A stretch of 64,000 nt of DNA. Origin: Synechococcus sp. UW140 (GTDB lineage: Bacteria > Pseudomonadota > Alphaproteobacteria > Sphingomonadales > Sphingomonadaceae). The position numbers and the translations under genes are program-made. The stretch lies in contig CALRJK020000012.1 in NCBI GenBank assembly GCA_943367535.1, positions 102 through 64,101 on the forward strand, read 5' to 3'. Below are positions 25,439 to 34,464 of this stretch, in pieces. The first letter of the stretch is position 1, and each line of letters opens with the position of its first letter. The notes beneath the pieces are model-generated. The model made no database searches, was not told the DNA's origin, and was given only the letters and a program-made list of their open reading frames with translations.

Positions 25439-28273
25439 ATGGCCGAAAAGCAGCACCTCTATCTCGTCGATGGCTCCTCCTACATCTTCCGGGCGTACCA
25501 CCGCCTGCCGCCGCTGACGAACCCCGAAGGCACGCCGGTCGGTGCGGTCTATGGCTACACCACGATGCTGTGGAAGCTGGCGGCGGACCTCGACGCGGCG
25601 GACGGCCCGACGCACCTTGCTGTGATCCTCGATGCCAGCGGGGTCAGCTTCCGCAATGACATCTACGAACATTACAAGGCCAACCGCCCGGAACCGCCCG
25701 AAGACCTCGTCCCGCAATTCCCGCTGATCCGCGACGCCACCCGCGCCTTCAGCCTGCCCTGCATCGAAGTGCCGGGGCTGGAAGCGGATGATCTGATCGC
25801 CACCTATGCCCGCCGAGCGCAGGAGCGTGGCTGGGATGTCACGATCGTCAGCTCCGACAAGGATCTGATGCAGCTGATCGGCGAGGTGAACGGCTCCCGC
25901 ATCGACATGCTCGACACGATGAAGAACCAGCGCATCTGGCTGGAAGAGGTCGAGGAGAAATTCGGCGTCGGCCCCGAACTGGTCGGCGATGTGCTGGCGC
26001 TGATGGGCGACGCGGTCGACAATGTGCCGGGCATCTACGGGATCGGCCCGAAGACTGCGTCGAAGCTGATCGCCGAACATGGCTCGCTGACCGCTGCGCT
26101 CGATGCTGCGCCGGAGATGAAAGCGTCAAAGCTCAAGGAGCGCCTGATCGAAGGCCGCAAGGATGCGGAGCTCAGCAAGATTCTGGTGACCCTGCGGGAG
26201 GATTGCGACCTGCCGCAGCCGCTCGACGAGATGAAGCTTGGCCCCGTGCCGCCCGAACCGCTGGCGGCGTTCCTCCAGACTCACGGCTTCACCTCGCTGC
26301 TGCGGCGGCTTGAGGGCGGCACGGGCAGCCCCTCGCGCCCCACCGATCTGAACCCGCCCAAGCCCAGCACAGCGGGCGCGAACGGGTCGGCTGAGGCGAA
26401 CCGCCAGCCCTTGCCCGATTTCCCTGCCGTCGATCACGCCGCCTACGAAACGGTGCAGACGCTCGAACGGCTGGAGGCATGGGTCGCCCGCGCCCGCGCC
26501 GCGCAGGCCGTGGCGGTCGATACCGAGACGAGCTCGCTCGATTCGATCCGCGCCGATCTGGTCGGCGTCAGCCTTGCGCTGGGGCCGAATGACGCGTGTT
26601 ACATCCCGCTCGCCCACGGCGGCACCGACATGTTCGCGCAGAAGCCGCAGCAGGTTCCGATGGCGCAGGCGATTGCGGCGCTGAAGCCGCTGCTGGAGGA
26701 TGAGGCAGTCCTCAAGATCTTCCAGAACGGCAAGTATGACATGAACGTGCTGGCCCGCGTCGGCATCAATGTCAGCCCCATCGACGATACGATGGTGATC
26801 AGCTTCGCGCTTGATGCCGGGCGGGGCGAGGAAGGCATGGGCGGCGGCCACGGGATGGACGAGCTGTCGCAGCGCCATCTCGCCCACACCCCGATCCCGT
26901 TCAAGGATCTGTGCGGCACCGGAAAGAAGGCGATAGGCTTTGCCGAGGTGCCATTGGACCGAGCCACGGCCTATGCCGCCGAAGATGCCGACATCACCTG
27001 GCGGCTCCACGCCCACTTGAAGCCGCGCCTTGCGGTGGAGGGCGGGAGCCGGGTCTATGAACGGGTCGATCGCCCGCTGATCCCGGTGGTTGCCGCGATG
27101 GAGCGCGAAGGCATCCGCGTTGACCGGGCGCGGCTGGCGAAACTGTCGGAGGAATTCTCGATCGAGATCCGGCGGCTGGAGGGGGAGATCCACGTTGTCG
27201 CCGGGCAGGAGTTCACCGTCGGCAGCCCCAAGCAGCTCGGCGATATCCTGTTCGACAAGCTGGGCTACAAGGGCGGCAAGAAGGGCAAGAGCGGGCAATA
27301 TTCGACCGACGTTTCGGTGCTGGAAAAGCTGGCTACGGAAGGCGCGCCGATTGCCCGGCTGGTGCTGGAATGGCGGCAGCTGGCAAAGCTGAAGTCGACC
27401 TATACCGATGCCCTGCAAGACGCGATCAACCCGGCCACCGGGCGTGTCCATACCAGCTATAGTCTGGTCGGTGCGCAGACCGGGCGCTTGTCCTCAACCG
27501 ATCCCAACTTGCAGAACATCCCGATCCGCACAGCCATCGGCCGCCAGATCCGTGAGGCCTTCGTGCCGGAGCCGGGCAACGTTCTGCTCGCGGCGGACTA
27601 TTCGCAGATCGAACTGCGGCTGGCGGCGCACATGGCCGATGTGCCTGCGCTGAAGGAGGCTTTTGCCGCGGGCGAGGATATCCACGCCCGCACCGCGCGC
27701 GAGATGTTCGGCGAAGTGACGCGCGATACCCGCGCTCGCGCCAAGACGATCAACTTCGCAATCCTTTACGGGATTTCACGCTGGGGCCTCGCCGCGCGGC
27801 TGGAAGTGCCGCCGGAAGAGGCGCAGGCGATGATCGACACCTATTTCCAGCGCTTCCCCGGCATCCAGCGGTATATCCACGAAACGCTCGAAACGGTGCG
27901 GGCCAAGGGCTATTCCGAGACGCTGTTCGGCCGCAAGACGTGGTTCCCGCGGATCAACTCCAAGAACCAGGCGGAACGGCAGGGCAGCGAGCGCGCGGCG
28001 ATCAATGCGCCGATCCAGGGCACCAGCGCCGACATCATCAAGCGCGCAATGGTGCGGATGCTCCCGGCGCTGGCGGAAGCGGGTCTCGATGATGTGCGGA
28101 TGCTGTTGCAGGTGCACGACGAACTGGTGTTCGAACTGCCCGAAGCCCGCGTCGAAGCGGCGACGCCGATTATCCGGCAGGTCATGGCCGAGGCCGCGCT
28201 GCCTGCGGTGGAGCTGACCGTGCCGTTGGGCGTGGACATCGGCACCGGGCTAAGCTGGGACGCGGCGCATTGA
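25439..28273 (+). CDS. polA: DNA polymerase I
   Basis: 944 aa with 5'-nuclease, 3'-5' exonuclease and polymerase domains (RRxAKxxNFGxxYG-type KTINFAILYGIS, QVHDELVFE). Confidence 0.97.
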   Translation: MAEKQHLYLVDGSSYIFRAYHRLPPLTNPEGTPVGAVYGYTTMLWKLAADLDAADGPTHLAVILDASGVSFRNDIYEHYKANRPEPPEDLVPQFPLIRDATRAFSLPCIEVPGLEADDLIATYARRAQERGWDVTIVSSDKDLMQLIGEVNGSRIDMLDTMKNQRIWLEEVEEKFGVGPELVGDVLALMGDAVDNVPGIYGIGPKTASKLIAEHGSLTAALDAAPEMKASKLKERLIEGRKDAELSKILVTLREDCDLPQPLDEMKLGPVPPEPLAAFLQTHGFTSLLRRLEGGTGSPSRPTDLNPPKPSTAGANGSAEANRQPLPDFPAVDHAAYETVQTLERLEAWVARARAAQAVAVDTETSSLDSIRADLVGVSLALGPNDACYIPLAHGGTDMFAQKPQQVPMAQAIAALKPLLEDEAVLKIFQNGKYDMNVLARVGINVSPIDDTMVISFALDAGRGEEGMGGGHGMDELSQRHLAHTPIPFKDLCGTGKKAIGFAEVPLDRATAYAAEDADITWRLHAHLKPRLAVEGGSRVYERVDRPLIPVVAAMEREGIRVDRARLAKLSEEFSIEIRRLEGEIHVVAGQEFTVGSPKQLGDILFDKLGYKGGKKGKSGQYSTDVSVLEKLATEGAPIARLVLEWRQLAKLKSTYTDALQDAINPATGRVHTSYSLVGAQTGRLSSTDPNLQNIPIRTAIGRQIREAFVPEPGNVLLAADYSQIELRLAAHMADVPALKEAFAAGEDIHARTAREMFGEVTRDTRARAKTINFAILYGISRWGLAARLEVPPEEAQAMIDTYFQRFPGIQRYIHETLETVRAKGYSETLFGRKTWFPRINSKNQAERQGSERAAINAPIQGTSADIIKRAMVRMLPALAEAGLDDVRMLLQVHDELVFELPEARVEAATPIIRQVMAEAALPAVELTVPLGVDIGTGLSWDAAH

Positions 28274-28297
28274 TCTCAAGGCAGGTCTGCGCCGGCC

Positions 28298-28326
28298 CAG
28301 ACCCGGCTTAGACCCCCTCCAAACCC
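28298..28326 (+). repeat. parS-flanking repeat, copy A
   Basis: CAGACCCGGCTTAGACCCCCTCCAAACCC matches the reverse complement of 51149..51177 at about 26 of 31 aligned positions. Confidence 0.5.
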
Positions 28327-28366
28327 CCGCCTCCCACGCCTTTGCGAGGTGTGGGTGAGGGGGTTT
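28321..28366 (+). terminator. long imperfect hairpin downstream of polA (no U-tract)
   Basis: AAACCCCCGCCTCCCACGCC-tttgcg-AGGTGTGGGTGAGGGGGTTT. Confidence 0.35.
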
Positions 28367-28373
28367 CGGTCAA

Positions 28374-28389
28374 TGTTTCACGTGAAACA
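28374..28389. other. parS (ParB-binding centromere-like) site, perfect palindrome
   Basis: TGTTTCACGTGAAACA, extended to the 20-bp palindrome AATGTTTCACGTGAAACATT. Lies between the convergent polA and cdc48-like genes. Confidence 0.8.
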
Positions 28390-28400
28390 TTGCGGGAACG

Positions 28401-30707
28401 TCAGTCGTGCTTCTTCTCCCGTGTCGGTTTGAGCATCTCGGGCGAGAAGAACCCGATTGGCTGCACCGCCGCTGCGCGCTTCTTCAATTCGCCGCGCATC
28501 CGCAGATATTCGTCCTCCATCTCCGGGGTGACCGTGGCGCGCGAATCCTTGAGCGCCGCGTCGAAATCCCTGCCCTCGACCGCGCTGACTTCCCCGCCAG
28601 CCCGGCGCAACGCGGCAAGCCCGGCGCGGCGCACCACGTCTTCCAGATCGGCGCCGGTGAAACGCTCGGTCTGCGCCGCTAACGCGGCGAGGTCGACGTC
28701 GTCCGCCAGCGGCATCCTGGCGGTGTGGATGCCGAGGATGTGCGCGCGGCCCGCCTTGTCGGGGGTGCCGACATACACCAGTTCGTCAAACCGTCCGGGG
28801 CGCAGCAAGGCGGGGTCGACCAGCGTCGGGCGGTTGGTGGCGCCGATCACGACCACGGATTGCAACTCCTCCAGCCCGTCCATTTCTGCAAGGATCGTGT
28901 TGACCACCCGGCCGGTCACCTGCGGCTCGCCTTGGCCTGAGCCACGGGCGGGAACGAGGCTATCGATCTCGTCGATGAACACCACGCAGGGCGCGACTGC
29001 GCGGGCGCGGGCGAAGAGTTTGGCGATCTGCTGTTCGCTTTCGCCATACCACTTGGACAGCAAGTCGCTGCTTTTCATGGAAATGAAATTCGCCTCCGCC
29101 TCCTTGGCGACCGCCTTGGCGAGCAGGGTCTTGCCTGTTCCCGGCGGACCATAGAGCAGGAAGCCCTTGGCGGGGCGGATGCCGAGGCGGCGGAAGGCGT
29201 CGGGGTTCTTGAGCGGGAGTTCGATCCCTTCCTTCAGCTTGTCCACGGCCTCCCCAGCGCCGCCGATATCGTCCCAGCCGATATTGGGCACCTGCACCAT
29301 CACCTCGCGCATCGCGGACGGCTGCACGCGCTTGAGGGCGGAGAGGAAATCGTCGCGGGTGACGCACAGGTCTTCGAGCACCTCGGGCGGGACGGTGCGT
29401 TCATCGAGGTCGAGGCGCGGCATGATGCGGCGGACGGCCTCGATAGCAGCCTCGCGGGCAAGCGCAGCGATATCCGCGCCGACAAAGCCGTGGGTGACGC
29501 GGGCGAGTTCATCCAGATCGACCGCGCTTTCCAGCGGCATGCCGCGGGTGTGGATGCTGAGAATCTCGCGCCGCCCGCGCTGGTCGGGAACGCCGATTAC
29601 GATCTCGCGGTCAAACCGGCCCGGGCGGCGCAGCGCCTCGTCGATGGCGTCGGGCCGGTTTGTGGCGGCGATGACGACAAGATTGGCGCGCTTTTCCAGC
29701 CCGTCCATCAAGGTGAGCAGCTGGGCGACAAGCCGCTTTTCCGCCTCACCCGGCACTTGGGTGCGCTTGGGCGCGATGGAATCAATCTCGTCGATGAAGA
29801 TGATCGCAGGCGCGGCGCGGGTCGCCTCCTCGAACACCTCGCGCAGGCGCTTTTCCGATTCGCCATAGCCCGATCCCATGATTTCCGGGCCGTTGATGGT
29901 GAAGAACTCGGCGTCACTTTCATTCGCCACGGCTTGGGCGAGGCGGGTCTTGCCCGTGCCCGGCGGGCCGTGGAGCAGCACGCCCTTGGGCGGCTCGACG
30001 CCGAGGCGGATGAACAATTCGGGATAGCGCAGCGGCAGTTCGACCATCTCCCGCAGCGCACGGATGGTTTCCTCCATCCCGCCGACATCGTCGTAATTGA
30101 CCACCGCCCGGCCATCACGCGGATCTTCGAATTCGGCGCGCAGTTCGACCTCGGTGTTCTCGTCGATATGTACGAGGCCCTTGGGGGTGGTCGAAGCGAC
30201 GGTGAGGCGGATCTGGGTCAGAGCATAGGCGGGCGCGCGCAGCAGCTGGCGCACGTCGGCGGGCATGTTCTGCACGGGCTGCTGGCCTGTGGTCGCGACG
30301 AGATCTCCGGCGACCAGCGGGCGGCGGAAGAAGTTGCGCTTCAGCGCCTGAGTCGGCCCCTGCAGGCGCATTTCGCGCTGGGCGGGGGCGAACACCACGC
30401 GGGTGGCGGGACGCGATTCGCCGCGGGCGATTTCGACATGCTCGCCAGAGCCACCTTGCGCATTGGCGCGCTGAAGCCCGTCCAACCGCACCACATCGAG
30501 CGCGTCATCTTCCGGATAGGCAGCCATGGCGATGGCGGCGGTCGTTCGCTTGCCGCGGATTTCGACGACATCGCCCTCGGTGATGCCGAGCTTCTGGAAA
30601 GCGGAACGCGGCATGCGGGCAATGCCGGCACCGGATTCCTCCTGCCGCGCAGGTGCGACCTGGAGCCTGACGGTGCGGGCAGGGGTGTCGGTTTCGGCAT
30701 CGGCCAT
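28401..30707 (-). CDS. Cdc48/p97-like double-ring AAA+ ATPase
   Basis: CDC48-type N-domain ([23 protein letters not shown]). Two AAA modules with Walker A GPPGTGKT twice and Walker B IIFIDEID / VVFIDEID. The C-terminus ends KKHD, so there is no HbYX motif. Confidence 0.9.
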   Translation of the reverse strand: MADAETDTPARTVRLQVAPARQEESGAGIARMPRSAFQKLGITEGDVVEIRGKRTTAAIAMAAYPEDDALDVVRLDGLQRANAQGGSGEHVEIARGESRPATRVVFAPAQREMRLQGPTQALKRNFFRRPLVAGDLVATTGQQPVQNMPADVRQLLRAPAYALTQIRLTVASTTPKGLVHIDENTEVELRAEFEDPRDGRAVVNYDDVGGMEETIRALREMVELPLRYPELFIRLGVEPPKGVLLHGPPGTGKTRLAQAVANESDAEFFTINGPEIMGSGYGESEKRLREVFEEATRAAPAIIFIDEIDSIAPKRTQVPGEAEKRLVAQLLTLMDGLEKRANLVVIAATNRPDAIDEALRRPGRFDREIVIGVPDQRGRREILSIHTRGMPLESAVDLDELARVTHGFVGADIAALAREAAIEAVRRIMPRLDLDERTVPPEVLEDLCVTRDDFLSALKRVQPSAMREVMVQVPNIGWDDIGGAGEAVDKLKEGIELPLKNPDAFRRLGIRPAKGFLLYGPPGTGKTLLAKAVAKEAEANFISMKSSDLLSKWYGESEQQIAKLFARARAVAPCVVFIDEIDSLVPARGSGQGEPQVTGRVVNTILAEMDGLEELQSVVVIGATNRPTLVDPALLRPGRFDELVYVGTPDKAGRAHILGIHTARMPLADDVDLAALAAQTERFTGADLEDVVRRAGLAALRRAGGEVSAVEGRDFDAALKDSRATVTPEMEDEYLRMRGELKKRAAAVQPIGFFSPEMLKPTREKKHD

Positions 30708-30818
30708 GTGCGGCGTTCCTGTGCAAGAGCGTCGGTTGGATGAAACCGATAGCTAGGAACAGGGGCAATCGAATGCAATCAGCGGCAAACCGTGCGGAGG
30801 CCGCTGCAAGACGGCAAG

Positions 30819-30846
30819 AAAAAAGCCCGGCAACGAGTGCCGGGCT
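30819..30846 (-). terminator. rho-independent terminator on the minus strand, upstream of the cdc48-like gene
   Basis: On the minus strand: AGCCCGGCA-cucgu-UGCCGGGCU followed by UUUUUU. Confidence 0.65.
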
Positions 30847-30990
30847 TGAAAAGTTTGGGAGAGGATGCCTGAAAGGCACCCTTCAAATGCCGCAGATCCA
30901 GCCGTTGTGCAAGTGCGAAAGATCGCCCTTTGATTGCAAAGAACGCAATTAAGGCCCTTTTTGGTGCAAATTGGTGCGCAAACTTGCACG
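30819..30990 (-). ncRNA. candidate small RNA or 5' attenuator (5' end unknown)
   Basis: The minus-strand RNA would end with stem GGGUGCC-uuuca-GGCAUCC, a single-stranded CCUCUCCCAAAC (anti-SD-like) stretch, then the terminator. There is no credible ORF. The 5' boundary is a guess. Confidence 0.3.
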
Positions 30991-31187
30991 CATCTGCCTA
31001 AATTTGCGGCAATCGCTCAAAGTTTGAGCAGAAAAATCCGGCGCGATGATTTTGCGCCGCAACATGAAAGGTGATTCGACTTCCCGACTCGTGGGGCGTG
31101 ACAGAGCCCCCCCAACGCTCTAATCACCGGGGCGATCCCGGCCCAAGGGATCGACCTTGCGCGACATCACAAGAGGCACCCGGCCCC

Positions 31188-31910
31188 ATGACCAAGCTTT
31201 ACTCCGACGCCGCCAGCGCGCTCGCCGGTGTGCTTCGCGATGATATGCTTATCGCCGCTGGAGGCTTCGGCCTGTGCGGCCTGCCTGAAAAGCTGCTCGA
31301 TGCGATCCGCGATTCGGGCGTGAAGGGGCTTGTCTTCGCCAGCAATAATGCCGGGATCGACAATGAGGGCATCGGCAAGCTGCTGCGCACGCGCCAGGTA
31401 AAGAAGATGATCAGCTCCTATGTCGGCGAGAACAAGGAGTTCGAGCGGCAATATTTGAGCGGGGAGCTTGAGGTGGAATTTTGCCCGCAAGGCACCCTTG
31501 CTGAACGGATGCGTGCGGGCGGCGCGGGCATTCCCGGCTTCTACACCCGCACCGGTGTCGGCACCGAAGTCGCCAAGGGCAAGGAGCACAAGGACTTCCC
31601 CGACCGTGACGGCGAAATGCAGACCTATATCCTCGAACACGGAATCTTCGCCGACCTCGCTATCGTCAAGGCATGGAAGGCGGACGAAACCGGGAACCTC
31701 GTGTTCCGCAAGACGGCCCGCAACTTCAACCTGCCGGCCGCGACCTGCGGCAAGATCTGCGTTGCCGAGGTCGAAGAAGTGGTGCCGGCAGGCGCGCTCG
31801 ATCCCGACCAGATCCACCTTGCCGGCGTGTTCGTTAACCGGATCGTGCTGGGCGCGCCCTATGACAAGAAGATCGAATTCAGGACCGTGCGGGAGAGGGA
31901 GACGGTTTGA
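31188..31910 (+). CDS. scoA: 3-oxoacid CoA-transferase subunit A
   Basis: MTKLYSDAASAL...IAAGGFGLCGLPEKLLDAI...SNNAG is a typical ScoA/AtoD N-terminus. Confidence 0.9.
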   Translation: MTKLYSDAASALAGVLRDDMLIAAGGFGLCGLPEKLLDAIRDSGVKGLVFASNNAGIDNEGIGKLLRTRQVKKMISSYVGENKEFERQYLSGELEVEFCPQGTLAERMRAGGAGIPGFYTRTGVGTEVAKGKEHKDFPDRDGEMQTYILEHGIFADLAIVKAWKADETGNLVFRKTARNFNLPAATCGKICVAEVEEVVPAGALDPDQIHLAGVFVNRIVLGAPYDKKIEFRTVRERETV

Positions 31911-32878
31911 TGCGCAAGGGTTGGGCGGCGGTGCCGTTGCTGCTGCTGGCGGGTACAGCCCTGCCGGGATGTGTGGCCGTGGCGATTCCGGCGATTGCAG
32001 GATCGGCGATGGTCGGTTCGCGGGTGGTAGACGGCGACGGGGCTGACGAGCCGCAGGCGGTGGTTGCTGCGCCTGCCACGGCGCAACCCGCTCCCGCGCC
32101 CGCGTCAACGCAGGCGCCCGCGGCCCCTACGCTTCCGCCCAAGCCTGCCACTGTTCCGCCACTTGCCCTGGCGTCAGCGGCTGCCCCGGCACCCAAGCCC
32201 GTGACAATGCCCGCCGCCGCGCCCCCACCTGTGGCAACGACTGTCCCTGCCAATGTGCCGGCCCGCCCGGCAATGCCTGATGTGACCTATCCCGACCCTG
32301 ATCGCCCGATCGCAGCCGAGCAGGCCAACTTCGCGCGTTTCGTGCGCTACGGCTATGCCTCTGCCCGCGCCGCCGCCAAGGGGGAGGAGTTGCCTTCCGC
32401 CATGCTCGCCGATCCGGTTGCGCTCGATGGCAAGCGCCGCCGCTGCGCCAAGGGCGAGCAGTTGATCGCAATGATCGATCTTGATCCCGCAGGCGGGCAA
32501 TTCACGCCGCCCGCCAGCTCGGCCACGGTCCCCGGACTGGCGCTCGGCCTTGCGGTGCTGCGCGAGGCTGGCATCGAGGTTGCGTGGATTTCAGACCTGC
32601 CCACCGAGCAATCGGGTCTGGTGCGCGCCGCGCTCGAAAAATCCGGCCTTGATCCGCGCGGCGAGGACATCATCTCGCTGCGGCGGGACGAGAGTGACAG
32701 CAAGGACCAACGCCGGGGCAGCCTTGCCGGGGTGTCCTGCATCATCGCCATCGCAGGCGACGAGCGGCCCGATTTCGACGAGCGGTTCAAATATCTTCGC
32801 AGCCCCGAGGCGGGCGCCGGGATCGAACCGGTGGTCGGCGATGGCTGGTTCCTGATCGAACCGCTGCTCGGCAAGTGA
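31910..32878 (+). CDS. lipoprotein with Pro/Ala-rich linker and C-terminal HAD/class-B/C acid-phosphatase-like domain
   Basis: Lipobox ALPGC. HAD-like IAMIDLD (motif I) and [13 protein letters not shown] (motif IV-like, cf. GDNLxDF of e(P4)-type phosphatases). The start overlaps the scoA stop (TGATG). Confidence 0.6.
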   Translation: MRKGWAAVPLLLLAGTALPGCVAVAIPAIAGSAMVGSRVVDGDGADEPQAVVAAPATAQPAPAPASTQAPAAPTLPPKPATVPPLALASAAAPAPKPVTMPAAAPPPVATTVPANVPARPAMPDVTYPDPDRPIAAEQANFARFVRYGYASARAAAKGEELPSAMLADPVALDGKRRRCAKGEQLIAMIDLDPAGGQFTPPASSATVPGLALGLAVLREAGIEVAWISDLPTEQSGLVRAALEKSGLDPRGEDIISLRRDESDSKDQRRGSLAGVSCIIAIAGDERPDFDERFKYLRSPEAGAGIEPVVGDGWFLIEPLLGK

Positions 32879-32921
32879 GCGCCGCAAGGCCGCTGCCGGT
32901 ATATTTTCAAGGAGTGACCAC

Positions 32922-33578
32922 ATGGCTGACGCCGCAACCCTGACCGGCTGGACCCGCGACGAAATGGCCGCCCGCGCCGCGCGCGAGCTGAAGGACGGGT
33001 ATTACGTCAACCTCGGCATCGGCATCCCGACGCTGGTGGCCAACCACATCCCCGAAGGGATGATGGTGACCTTGCAGAGTGAAAACGGGATGCTCGGCAT
33101 CGGGCCGTTTCCCTATGATGACGAGGTCGATGCAGACCTGATCAATGCCGGCAAGCAGACCATCTCCGAACTGCCGCACAGCGCCTATTTCGACAGCGCG
33201 ACCAGCTTTGCGATGATCCGCGGCGGGCATATCGATCTGACCGTTCTGGGCGCGATGGAAGTGGCAGAGAACGGGGACATCGCCAACTGGATGATCCCGG
33301 GCAAGATGATCAAGGGCATGGGCGGGGCGATGGATCTTGTTGCAGGCGTGAAGAAGATCATCGTGGTGATGGACCACACCGCCAAGGACGGTACGCCGAA
33401 GTTCATCCCCGAATGCACGCTGCCGCTGACCGGCGCGGGTGTGGTCGACATGATCATCACCAACCTCGCCGTGTTCCAGCGCGCCGGCAAGGGCGAGCCG
33501 TTCCGCCTGATCGAGACCGCGCCGGGCGTGACCGCGGCCGATATCGCCGCGACCACCACTGCGCATTACCTCGTCTGA
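32922..33578 (+). CDS. scoB: 3-oxoacid CoA-transferase subunit B
   Basis: Active-site segment [12 protein letters not shown]; typical ScoB length. Confidence 0.9.
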   Translation: MADAATLTGWTRDEMAARAARELKDGYYVNLGIGIPTLVANHIPEGMMVTLQSENGMLGIGPFPYDDEVDADLINAGKQTISELPHSAYFDSATSFAMIRGGHIDLTVLGAMEVAENGDIANWMIPGKMIKGMGGAMDLVAGVKKIIVVMDHTAKDGTPKFIPECTLPLTGAGVVDMIITNLAVFQRAGKGEPFRLIETAPGVTAADIAATTTAHYLV

Positions 33579-34462
33579 TGAAGCGGAAACTTGCGTTTGG
33601 CGGCCTGGCCCTTGCCGCGATGGTGGGCGGGGTGCTGGCCTTCACTTCGCCGCCGCGGTTGTTATCGCATTATGACCGGCTGGCTGGCGGGCGCGCCGGA
33701 TCGTTCCCGGCAGCCGAGGGCGTTCCTTTCGGCAGTCACGGGCAGGCGCTTGATATCTGGGCACCCAACGACATGGCCAAGGCGCCGCTGCCGGTTGTCA
33801 TCTTCTGGTATGGCGGCGGCTGGGCCAAAGGCGATCGCGCCTCCTATGCCTTTGCCGGACGGGCGCTGGCAAAGGCCGGGTTCCTGGTGGTGATCCCGGA
33901 TTATCGCAAGGTGCCGGATGTGCACTTCCCCGAATTCCTTGATGACGGCGCGGAAGCAGTGCGCTGGGTGCAGGACAGCGTCGCCCAATATGGCGGCGAT
34001 CCCAAGCGAATCGCGTTCATGGGGCACTCGGCAGGGGCCTATCAGGCGGTGATGCTGGCGCTGGATGCCAAGCGGCTGCAAGCGGCGGGGGTTGATCCGG
34101 CCAATGTCACGGCGGCGGTTGGCCTGTCCGGGCCTTACGATTTCCATCCCTTCACCTCCGACCGGGCGATTGCCGCGTTCAGCCAGTGGCCGCGACCCGC
34201 AGAGACCCAACCGATCACCTTCGCTCGCACCGATGCGCCCCCGCTGCTGCTCGTCACTTCCGAGGGTGACGAGACCGTGCGGCCGAAGAACGCCAATAAT
34301 CTTGCGGCCAAGCTGAAGACCCTCGGCGCAACCGTGGAGGTCAAGAACTATGGCCCGCTGGATCACGAGGAAATCGTGATGGCCCTATCGGTGCCGTTCC
34401 GCAGCAAGGGGCCGGTGCTGGCTGACAGCATTGCCTTCCTCAAGAACCGGATGGGCGAATAG
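33578..34462 (+). CDS. alpha/beta hydrolase (esterase/lipase family)
   Basis: Oxyanion-region motif YGGGW and nucleophile elbow GHSAGA; N-terminal TM/signal. The start overlaps the scoB stop. Confidence 0.8.
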   Translation: MKRKLAFGGLALAAMVGGVLAFTSPPRLLSHYDRLAGGRAGSFPAAEGVPFGSHGQALDIWAPNDMAKAPLPVVIFWYGGGWAKGDRASYAFAGRALAKAGFLVVIPDYRKVPDVHFPEFLDDGAEAVRWVQDSVAQYGGDPKRIAFMGHSAGAYQAVMLALDAKRLQAAGVDPANVTAAVGLSGPYDFHPFTSDRAIAAFSQWPRPAETQPITFARTDAPPLLLVTSEGDETVRPKNANNLAAKLKTLGATVEVKNYGPLDHEEIVMALSVPFRSKGPVLADSIAFLKNRMGE

Positions 34463-34464
34463 GT

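Noticed and set aside
28372-28391. The GTTTCACGTGAAAC palindromes (also at 51100) read as loop-less terminator hairpins or as E-box/CACGTG transcription-factor sites.
   Set aside because: A perfect palindrome without a loop is a poor terminator. The 16-mer is an exact match to the well-established parS consensus, which explains it better.
28401-30707. The Cdc48-like ATPase as part of a bacterial proteasome system (Cpa/ARC/Mpa-like).
   Set aside because: No 20S subunit, Pup or Dop/PafA-like genes are in the window, and the C-terminus lacks an HbYX motif.
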